The notes under the pieces are model-generated. The model worked only from the letters and a program-made list of their open reading frames with translations, was not told where the DNA came from and did no database searches. The position numbers and the translations under genes were made by a program. A stretch of DNA of 64,000 nucleotides from Octopus sinensis (lineage: Eukaryota): contig NC_043003.1 of assembly GCF_006345805.1 (NCBI RefSeq), positions 111,910,001 to 111,974,000 on the forward strand, in the 5' to 3' direction. Positions 29,817 through 39,722 of this stretch are shown one piece after another (positions within the stretch are counted from its first letter, which is position 1; every line of letters starts with the position of its first letter).

Positions 29817-30401
29817 ATCAAAAAAGGGGGTCGAATTAATTAATTGTTAATAAATTCGACCAAGCAGTATTCGGTATGTAAAGACCATTTACGGTATATT
29901 TGAAGTATTAATTTATAAAAATATGGTAAAGTAAAAGAATTCACTTTACCACACACCGAACTTTTCAGAAATAGCAGCCAAAAATTTGGCTATTTCTTCA
30001 ACTGCAAATAAAAGTCTCCAGACAATGCATACTCAGAAAAATAACTCACATAGGTATAAGGGAAAAACAATGAAAGATCACATCCATATACGATACCCGA
30101 GGACAGTCTGTTTCTGGATTTGTGGGTAAAACGCCACTTTTCCTTCATCAGCTCAGAGATTTCTTCTGATTTAGATTTGAAAATACTAAGAATCAAACAT
30201 ACCCGTCCGATATCTGTAACATCGGACAAACCATGCCAGACACCCAGTACTAGCGAATCCAAAAATACGAATGAGATCTATTATTCTCCCTGTCCACCCA
30301 CGTGAGTCATAGAGCATTCCATTTCTACAGAGGTAAAAACTGCAGTTCAAATTCTTGGAGAGAAAGCATTATATTGTTATCAAAAAAGGGGGTCGAATTA
30401 A
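29809..30401 (-). mobile_element. Highly diverged family B monomer (562 bp plus ~30-bp terminal redundancy) in (TA)n
   Basis: attgttatcaaaaaagggggtcgaattaat occurs at 29811 and 30373. Colinear blocks shared with family B include accaag..gtatgtaaag.accattt, gaaatagcagccaaaaa and ttc.tcagctca. Confidence 0.8.
30097..30156 (-). ncRNA. Type I hammerhead ribozyme of the diverged family B copy
   Basis: Minus strand reads ctgag-CTGATGA-A-GGA aaa GTGG cgttttac CCAC aaa TCC-A-GAAA-CAG A CTG-TC-ctcgg. The triplet is GUC. Confidence 0.85.
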
Positions 30402-30807
30402 TATATATATATATAACTGTGCTGTTGTATTTGTATATATGTATGTGTGCATATGTATATCCATGGATATATGCTAGTGAAATATCTGTGCGCGTACACA
30501 CACTCATATATACATATACAATACAGATATATATATTATATAGATACATAGATAAATATATATAGAGAGATGAATATAGATATACATACATACATACATG
30601 CATACATACATGCATATATGAAAGTTTTATTGCCAACATACCATGGAGGCTGTGTCATAATACAGAATGCGAGAGTATTTAATTTGAGAACTTCTCCTTG
30701 TGCTCCAATCCGACCACCACTTTGAATTGGTGGTAAAGATTTCTTTTGATGTTAATACTTCTTCTGTCACGATTATATATGTATATATATATATGTGTGT
30801 GTGTGTA

Positions 30808-30853
30808 TACCTCGGTTATTGAACACTTCTGATCACTAATAAATCGTGTTTAT

Positions 30854-30888
<35 letters not shown>

Positions 30889-31059
30889 TTGTGTGTGTTT
30901 GTATGTGTGTATGTGTATGCATGTATGTATGTATATATAAAGCACGTGATCAGAGGTGTTCGAAAACCGTGGTACTAATGTATTAGATGCAGATGAGAAA
31001 GACAGGAGATAAAGACAGGCCGATTTATTCGTGATCACGGGTGTTCTGAAACCGCGGTA
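30808..31059. mobile_element. Possible degenerate MITE with ~40-bp imperfect TIRs around a microsatellite
   Basis: tacctcggttattgaacacttctgatcactaataaatcg versus cgatttattcgtgatcacgggtgttctgaaaccgcggta; a third partial copy lies near 30945-30975. Confidence 0.5.
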
Positions 31060-31082
31060 CTACTCTGTACTAGGCTATACTG

Positions 31083-31121
<39 letters not shown>

Positions 31122-32561
31122 CATACACACACAAACACACTTACGCGCACGCAGGTGCACTACTAGATCAGTAATTGACTTGTAATATTTAGGTCACTTA
31201 ACTATTTACAAAATTTGCAACATATCTTTTCTAACCAATTGCTTCGTAGCAAATATGAAGGGCACATTTTTTAGTTATTACTTATACACTTCCTTTAAGC
31301 AGATCGGTTATTATAACATAATAATTCCAATATTCTATATTGATTTCTTACTTAGTCACGGATATACAAATTTGTATGAATGGCAAAATAAGATTATCAA
31401 ACTTCCTTGATATTTCTAAACACATTAGCAATAAATGAAAAACGCAGGAGAGAAAAAAATCAGTCTTAACACCTTAGTTGAAAACAAACATTAAAAGAAG
31501 GGTGGTAGACACAGACCTCCTTAATTTATGGTCTCTGAGGAAATATGTACTATATGCAAAAACTAAATTTTATTTCTTTGCTCGAAAACTAGAATTATTT
31601 AGAGACGAAATCGTTTTGGCATTCTGTTTATATAGAAAATAGTAGGTAAGGAAACGGATATCAGAATATGTAAAGACCGGAAGCTTATAATTCTGTTATG
31701 ATTCGTTCATAATACACCAGGAAGCTCAGATGAGCGTATGGTCTTCTGATCGATAAAAAATAGTAAAATAAGATGAATCCGTTTTCTTGCGGAAAAAAGG
31801 AAAATAATTATATCAGATGTTGCCTACGTTATATTTCCTTGATGTACAATTATTGAATATTGCCTATTTCTTTTGTACACAATATATTGTATAAATTAAC
31901 TATCACAGCTATATGTCACGCATTTGCTAATTATTGTGTGTAATATGTATTCCCGCTCAAGACGTGTCTTCAATGTTATTAGACTTGAGATTTAGACAAT
32001 TTGATTGCCTTTAAGAGTTTAATTGCACTTATTATATAGCGTCAAAAGAAACTATAAATTATAAACCGTTGAGATATGAAATTATAAGGAAACGGCTTTC
32101 AAAAGCCTGCCTCAGTGGAACTAGAATCGGAGAAACTATATTGCAGGAAATAGCTTTGTTTCTCTTCGATCTGCTTTCAATCCCTACAACGGCTAACTTG
32201 GTATTTAGGTTTTCTGACGCGCATAAAATACGCGCTATTCAAGTACGACAAAGGATTTAATAGCATGTAAAGCTGAGATGGCATACATAGCACAATGGAG
32301 ACATATTACACCCTCTGTATATCGTCCATCTTAATCACTGCAGATTATTCACCGATGAATCTAACTACATATTAGTTAGTTAAACATGATTTATATCCGT
32401 CGTGCTCGATTTTTCAAACAGTTCTTTTAATGTAATTACTCTGAACATGAAACAAAGTTTGCACACACACAACGAATGCACATAAATACACATATATGCA
32501 CAAATATATCTTATACATACATATATATGTATATATATATATATATATCTATATCTATCTA

Positions 32562-32597
<36 letters not shown>

Positions 32598-32718
32598 ATA
32601 GAGGGCATTATTACACATAAATGCCTCACACTAGGAGGGACAAAGTCATTACTACCAAAATTATACTAATCATACCAAATGCAGTTTTTCAAAGCAAGAC
32701 ATTTAAAAAATGAATTTA

Positions 32719-32775
32719 GTTCTGTATCACCGTGATTTCACATTCAACTTTACGTCTAATGATCGTCAGCAGAAC
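32719..32775 (-). ncRNA. Family A type I hammerhead ribozyme
   Basis: Exact reverse complement of the motif at 33651-33707. Confidence 0.8.
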
Positions 32776-33198
32776 TGATTCTGAACACATCATAAATAAA
32801 CTACCAACCTTACGTAGCGAAGACGAACAGACAACTGCTCACTCCGGCCAAGCACATGGAATGTTTATAAATCATATATCCGGTAAATGGCGGGCTTTTT
32901 ACGAACTGCATGTCGGGTAATGAAAAGTATTTCGGAATAAGTTTAACAATTAAGGATAATCTCTTAATAAGGGATCTTAACAAGAATTATCGGGTAGCTA
33001 GCGTGAAAACCTCATAAAAGAAAAGAATTCGAAAATATTTTTTTTCTTTTGAACAAATTAATTATATCTATATTGTATAGAGGGCATTATTACACATAAA
33101 TGCCTCACACTAGGAGGGACAAAGTCATTACTACCAAAATTATACTAATCATACCCAAATGCAGTTTTTCAAAGCAAGACATTTAAAAAATGAATTTA

Positions 33199-33255
33199 GT
33201 TCTGTATCACCGTGATTTCACATTCAACTTTACGTCTAATGATCGTCAGCAGAAC
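33199..33255 (-). ncRNA. Family A type I hammerhead ribozyme
   Basis: Exact reverse complement of the motif at 33651-33707. Confidence 0.8.
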
Positions 33256-33650
33256 TGATTCTGAACACATCATAAATAAACTACTACTTGGTAGTAATGA
33301 CTTTGTCCCTCCTAGTGTGAGGCATTTATGTGTAATAATGCCCTCTATACAATATAGATATAATTAATTTGTTCAAAAGAAAAAAATTATTTTCGAATTC
33401 TTTTCTTTTATGAGGTTTTCACGCTAGCTACCCGATAATTTCTTGTTAAGATCCCTTATTAAGAGATTATCCTTAATTGTTAAACTTATTCCGAAATACT
33501 TTTCATTACCCGACATGCAGTTCGTAAAAAGCCCGCCATTTACCGGATATATGATTTATAAACATTCCATGTGCTTGGCCGGAGTGAGCAGTTGTCTGTT
33601 CGTCTTCGCTACGTAAGGTTGGTAGTTTATTTATGATGTGTTCAGAATCA

Positions 33651-33707
33651 GTTCTGCTGACGATCATTAGACGTAAAGTTGAATGTGAAATCACGGTGAT
33701 ACAGAAC
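33651..33707 (+). ncRNA. Family A type I hammerhead ribozyme
   Basis: gttctg-CTGACGA-T-CATT agacgtaaagttg AATG-T-GAAA-TCAC G GTGA-TA-cagaac. Predicted cleavage is after A33701 (AUA). Confidence 0.82.
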
Positions 33708-34125
33708 TAAATTCATTTTTTAAATGTCTTGCTTGAAAAACTGCATTGGGTATGATTAGTATAATTTTGGTAGTAATGACTTTGTCCTCCTAGTGTGAGG
33801 CATTTATGTGTAATAATGCCTCTATACAATATAGATATAATTAATTTGTTCAAAAGAAAAAAATTTTTTCGAATTCTTTTCTTTTATGAGGTTTTCACGC
33901 TAGCTACCCGATAATTTCTTGTTAAGATCCTTATTAAGAGATTATCCTTAATTGTTAAACTTATTCCGAAATACTTTTCATTACCCGACATGCAGTTCGT
34001 AAAAAGCCCGCCATTTACCGGATATATGATTTATAAACATTCCATGTGCTTGGCCGGAGTGAGCAGTTGTCTGTTCGTCTTCGCTACGTAAGGTTGGTAG
34101 TTTATTTATGATGTGTTCAGAATCA

Positions 34126-34182
34126 GTTCTGCTGACGATCATTAGACGTAAAGTTGAATGTGAAATCACGGTGATACAGAAC
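34126..34182 (+). ncRNA. Family A type I hammerhead ribozyme
   Basis: Identical 57-nt motif; predicted cleavage after 34176. Confidence 0.82.
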
Positions 34183-34605
34183 TAAATTCATTTTTTAAAT
34201 GTCTTGCTTTGAAAAACTGCATTTGGGTATGATTAGTATAATTTTGGTAGTAATGACTTTGTCCCTCTAGTGTGAGGCATTTATGTGTAATAATGCCCTC
34301 TATACAATATAGATATAATTAATTTGTTCAAAAGAAAAAAATTATTTTCGAATTCTTTTCTTTTATGAGGTTTTCACGCTAGCTACCCGATAATTTCTTG
34401 TTAAGATCCCTTATTAAGAGATTATCCTTAATTGTTAAACTTATTCCGAAATACTTTTCATTACCCGACATGCAGTTCGTAAAAAGCCCGCCATTTACCG
34501 GATATATGATTTATAAACATTCCATGTGCTTGGCCGGAGTGAGCAGTTGTCTGTTCGTCTTCGCTACGTAAGGTTGGTAGTTTATTTATGATGTGTTCAG
34601 AATCA

Positions 34606-34662
34606 GTTCTGCTGACGATCATTAGACGTAAAGTTGAATGTGAAATCACGGTGATACAGAAC
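34606..34662 (+). ncRNA. Family A type I hammerhead ribozyme
   Basis: Identical 57-nt motif; predicted cleavage after 34656. Confidence 0.82.
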
Positions 34663-35084
34663 TAAATTCATTTTTTAAATGTCTTGCTTTGAAAAACTGC
34701 ATTTGGGTATGATTAGTATAATTTTGGTAGTAATGACTTTGTCCCTCCTAGTGTGAGGCATTTATGTGTAATAATGCCCTCTATACAATATAGATATAAT
34801 TAATTTGTTCAAAAGAAAAAAATTATTTTCGAATTCTTTTCTTTTATGAGGTTTTCACGCTAGCTACCCGATAATTTCTTATTAAGATCCTTATTAAGAG
34901 ATTATCCTTAATGTTAAACTTATTCCGAAATACTTTTCATTACCCGACATGCAGTTCGTAAAAAGCCCGCCATTTACCGGATATATGATTTATAAACATT
35001 CCATGTGCTTGGCCGAAGTGAGCAGTTGTCTGTTCGTCTTCGCTACGTAAGGTTGGTAGTTTATTTATGATGTGTTCAGAATCA

Positions 35085-35141
35085 GTTCTGCTGACGATCA
35101 TTAGACGTAAAGTTGAATGTGAAATCACGGTGATACAGAAC
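35085..35141 (+). ncRNA. Family A type I hammerhead ribozyme
   Basis: Identical 57-nt motif; predicted cleavage after 35135. Confidence 0.82.
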
Positions 35142-35562
35142 TAAATTCATTTTTAAATGTCTTGCTTTGAAAAACTGCATTGGGTATGATTAGTATAATT
35201 TTGGTAGTAATGACTTTGTCCCTCCTAGTGTGAGGCATTATGTGTAATAATGCCCTCTATACAATATAGATATAATTAATTTGTTCAAAAGAAAAAAATT
35301 ATTTTCGAATTCTTTTCTTTTATGAGGTTTTCACGCTAGCTACCCGATAATTTCTTGTTAAGATCCCTTATTAAGAGATTATCCTTAATTGTTAAACTTA
35401 TTCCGAAATACTTTTCATTACCCGACATGCAGTTCGTAAAAAGCCCGCCATTTACCGGATATATGATTTATAAACATTCCATGTGCTTGGCCGAAGTGAG
35501 CAGTTGTCTGTTCGTCTTCGCTACGTAAGGTTGGTAGTTTATTTATGATGTGTTCAGAATCA

Positions 35563-35619
35563 GTTCTGCTGACGATCATTAGACGTAAAGTTGAATGTGA
35601 AATCACGGTGATACAGAAC
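35563..35619 (+). ncRNA. Family A type I hammerhead ribozyme
   Basis: Identical 57-nt motif; predicted cleavage after 35613. Confidence 0.82.
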
Positions 35620-35907
35620 TAAATTCATTTTTTAAATGTCTTGCTTTGAAAAACTGCATTTGGGTATGATTAGTATAATTTTGGTAGTAATGTCTTCGTC
35701 CCTCCTAGTGTGAGGCATTTATGTGTAATAATGCCCTCTATACAATATAGATATAGATATAATTAATTTGTTCAAAAGAAAAAAATTATTTTCGAATTCT
35801 TTTCTTTTATGAGGTTTTCACGCTAGCTACCCGATAATTTCTTGTTAAGATCCCTTATTAAGAGATTATCCTTAATTGTTAAACTTATATATATATATAT
35901 ATATATA

Positions 35908-35957
<50 letters not shown>

Positions 35958-36670
35958 CATTTTATAAAGGCTTAGTAAAATAAATTACTTTGCCACATAC
36001 TGAACTCATTAGAATAGCAGCCAAAAAAAATTTTTTTAGCCATTTCTAATACTTAAAGAAAATTTCTCTCAGATAGTGTTTACTCAAAATAACCCACGAA
36101 GTTATGGGGGTAAAAACATTAAAAAATCACAAGTGCAAATACAATTCGACATTTCTTTCGTCAGCTCAAAATTTCTTAATTCGGATTTGTAAACACTGAA
36201 AGTAGGAGCATACCCTTTTGGCGACTTTTTATCTCCGAAGATCCGTTCAGACTAACAGTGCCAACAAATTCAAAATATGCAAGCGAAGAATTTTTGCCCT
36301 TCCTTTCCACCCACGGGGGCTAAACTAGTAAACACCATGTTTTATCGGTGAAAACCGAATCATTAAACAGAGAGAAATGAATTATAATTTCAACAATTGA
36401 GGGTAAAATTAATTAATTATTAATCAATTTCACCAAGTATTCACTATGTAAAGGGACCATTTAAGGCGAATTCAAAATATTACATTTTATAAAGGGCTTA
36501 GTAAAATAAATTACTTGCCACATACTGAACTCATTAGAAATAGCAGCCAAAAAAAATTTTTTTAGCCATTTGTAATACTTAAAGAAAATTTCTCTCAGAT
36601 AGTGTTACTCAAAATAACCCACGAAGTTATGGGGGTAAAAACATTAAAAAATCACAAGTGCAAAGATTAT

Positions 36671-36729
36671 TTGAGAACGTACGTTTCTAGATCAGCCAAA
36701 TACAATTCGACATTCTTTCGTCAGCTCAA
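36671..36729 (-). ncRNA. Family B type I hammerhead ribozyme
   Basis: Minus strand reads ttgag-CTGACGA-..-GAAA-CGTACG-TT-ctcaa. Confidence 0.78.
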
Positions 36730-37298
36730 AATTTCTTAATTCGGATTTGTAAACACTGAAAGTAGGAGCATACCCTTTTGGCGATTTTCACCTCCGAAGA
36801 TCCGTCAGACTAACAGTGCCAACAAATTCAAAATATGCAAGCGAAGAATTTCTGCCCTCCCTTTCCACACACGTGGGCTAAACTAGTAAACACCATGTTT
36901 TATCGGTGAAAACCGAAACATTAAACAGAGAGAAATGAATTATAATTTCAACAATTGAGGGTAAAATTAATTAATTATTAATCAATTTCACCAAGTATTC
37001 AGTATGTAAAGGGACCATTTAAGGCGAATACTTGGTGAATTGATTAATAATTAATTAATTTTACCCTCAATTGTTGAAATTATAATTCATTTCTCTCTGT
37101 TTAATGCTTCGGTTTTCACCGATAAAACCTGGTGTTTACTAGTTTAACCCACGTGGGTGGAAAGGGAGGGCAGAAATTCTTCGCTTGCATATTTTGAATT
37201 TGTTGGCACTGTTAGTCTGAACGGATCTTCGGAGGTGTAAAATTCGCGAAAATGGTATGCTCCTACTTTCAGTGTTTACAAATCCGAATTAAGAAATG

Positions 37299-37358
37299 TT
37301 GAGCTGACGAAAGAAATGTCGAATTGTATTTGGCTGATCTAGAAACGTACGTTCTCAA
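37299..37358 (+). ncRNA. Family B type I hammerhead ribozyme
   Basis: ttgag-CTGACGA-A-AGA aat GTCGAAT tgt ATTTGGC tga TCT-A-GAAA-CGTACG-TT-ctcaa; predicted cleavage after 37353. Confidence 0.8.
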
Positions 37359-37646
37359 ATAATCTTTGCACTTGTGATTTTTTAATGTTTTTACCCCCAT
37401 ACCTTCGTGGGTTATTTTGAGTAAACACTATCTGAGAGAAATTTTCTTTAAGTATTAGAAATGGCGAAAATAATTTTTTTGGGGCTGCTATTTCTAATGA
37501 GTTCAGTATGTGGCAAAGTAATTTATTTTACTAAGCCCTTTATAAAATATAATATTTTGAATTCGCCTTAATGGTCCTTTACATAGTGAATACTTGGTGA
37601 ATTGATTAATAATTAAGTAATTTTACCCTCAATTGTTGAAATATAT

Positions 37647-37696
<50 letters not shown>

Positions 37697-38465
37697 TAGA
37701 TATAGATATATATATATATATAATATATTATATATATATATATATATTACATTTTATAAAGGCTTAGTAAAATAAATTACTTTGCCACATACTGAACTCA
37801 TTAGAAATAGCAGCCAAAAAAAATTTTTTTAGCCATTTCTAATACTTAAAGAAAATTTCTCTCAGATAGTGTTTACTCAAAATAACCCACGAAGTTATGG
37901 GGGTAAAAACATAAAAAAATCACAAGTGCAAATACAATTCGACATTTCTTTCGTCAGCTCAAAATTTCTTAATTCGGATTTGTAAACACTGAAAGTAGGA
38001 GCATACCCTTTTGGCGACTTTTTATCTCCGAAGATCCGTTCAGACTAACAGTGCCAACAAATTCAAAATATGCAAGCGAAGAATTTTTGCCCTTCCTTTC
38101 CACCCACGGGGGCTAAACTAGTAAACACCATGTTTTATCGGTGAAAACCGAATCATTAAACAGAGAGAAATGAATTATAATTTCAACAATTGAGGGTAAA
38201 ATTAATTAATTATTAATCAATTTCACCAAGTATTCACTATGTAAAGGGACCATTTAAGGCGAATTCAAAATATTACATTTTATAAAGGGCTTAGTAAAAT
38301 AAATTACTTTGCCACATACTGAACTCATTAGAAATAGCAGCCAAAAAAAATTTTTTTAGCCATTTGTAATACTTAAAGAAAATTTCTCTCAGATAGTGTT
38401 TACTCAAAATAACCCACGAAGTTATGGGGGTAAAAACATTAAAAAATCACAAGTGCAAAGATTAT

Positions 38466-38525
38466 TTGAGAACGTACGTTTCTAGATCAGCCAAATACAA
38501 TTCGACATTTCTTTCGTCAGCTCAA
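38466..38525 (-). ncRNA. Family B type I hammerhead ribozyme
   Basis: Reverse complement of the motif at 37299-37358. Confidence 0.8.
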
Positions 38526-39095
38526 AATTTCTTAATTCGGATTTGTAAACACTGAAAGTAGGAGCATACCCTTTTGGCGATTTTCACCTCCGAAGATCCG
38601 TTCAGACTAACAGTGCCAACAAATTCAAAATATGCAAGCGAAGAATTTCTGCCCTCCCTTTCCACACACGTGGGCTAAACTAGTAAACACCATGTTTTAT
38701 CGGTGAAAACCGAAACATTAAACAGAGAGAAATGAATTATAATTTCAACAATTGAGGGTAAAATTAATTAATTATTAATCAATTTCACCAAGTATTCAGT
38801 ATGTAAAGGGACCATTTAAGGCGAATACTTGGTGAAATTGATTAATAATTAATTAATTTTACCCTCAATTGTTGAAATTATAATTCATTTCTCTCTGTTT
38901 AATGCTTCGGTTTTCACCGATAAAACATGGTGTTTACTAGTTTAACCCACGTGGGTGGAAAGGGAGGGCAGAAATTCTTCGCTTGCATATTTTGAATTTG
39001 TTGGCACTGTTAGTCTGAACGGATCTTCGGAGGTGTAAAATTCGCGAAAATGGTATGCTCCTACTTTCAGTGTTACAAATCCGAATTAAGAAATG

Positions 39096-39155
39096 TTGAG
39101 CTGACGAAAGAAATGTCGAATTGTATTTGGCTGATCTAGAAACGTACGTTCTCAA
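39096..39155 (+). ncRNA. Family B type I hammerhead ribozyme
   Basis: Same motif as 37299-37358; predicted cleavage after 39150. Confidence 0.8.
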
Positions 39156-39437
39156 ATAATCTTTGCACTTGTGATTTTTTAATGTTTTTACCCCCATACC
39201 TTCGTGGGTTATTTTGAGTAAACACTATCTGAGAGAATTTTCTTTAAGTATTAGAAATGGCGAAAATAATTTTTTTTGGGCTGCTATTTCTAATGAGTTC
39301 AGTATGTGGCAAAGTAATTTATTTTACTAAGCCCTTTATAAAATGTAATATTTTGAATTCGCCTTAAATGGTCCCTTTACATAGTGAATACTTGGTGAAA
39401 TTGATTAATAATTAAGTAATTTTACCCTCAATTGTTG

Positions 39438-39480
<43 letters not shown>

Positions 39481-39489
39481 TAGATATAG

Positions 39490-39520
<31 letters not shown>

Positions 39521-39657
39521 ATATATGTATATTTATATGAGTATGAAAGTTTGTATGCGTGTATAAGTATATAAATGTGTATGCATTGATGTATATATGT
39601 ATAATGATACTAATCATATGTGAATATTTTAATAATTTCAATATTTAGAAACCACAA

Positions 39658-39722
39658 GGCGGTGAGCTATCAGAATCGCAACCACGCCGGACAAAATCTT
39701 TAGTGGAATTTCCTCTGTCTTT
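39658..39722 (+). mobile_element. Degenerate head of an OR-like SINE
   Basis: ggcggtgagctatcagaatcg..accacgccggacaaaat resembles 8542-8590. Confidence 0.6.

Larger units (their letters stand above)
32590..35888. repeat. Family A hammerhead-containing ~480-bp tandem array with an internal fold-back inversion
   Basis: About 1.45 units in one orientation (32590-33284) are followed by about 5.4 inverted units (33288-35888). Units are nearly identical and both ends lie in (TA)n. Confidence 0.97.
35953..39440. repeat. Family B array: two ~1.79-kb blocks, each with ~2 minus-oriented and ~1.1 plus-oriented ~563-bp units (fold-back)
   Basis: Blocks span 35953-37641 and 37745-39440, separated by (TA)n. 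Inversion spacers are at 37001-37025 and 38798-38822. Period 562-563 from gaatacttggtg at 37026/37588 and 38823/39386. Confidence 0.95.

Noticed and set aside
30152-30301. Apparent 150-nt symmetric plus-strand exon (ttttccttcatcag..ccac|gtgagt)
   Set aside because: It lies inside the diverged family B repeat; the acceptor is the antisense of the hammerhead core.
32732-35606. Repeated 62-aa ORF MISHSTLRLMIV.. in each family A unit
   Set aside because: It has a GTG start, is short, has no recognisable domain and lies antisense to the ribozyme; its recurrence only reflects repeat identity.
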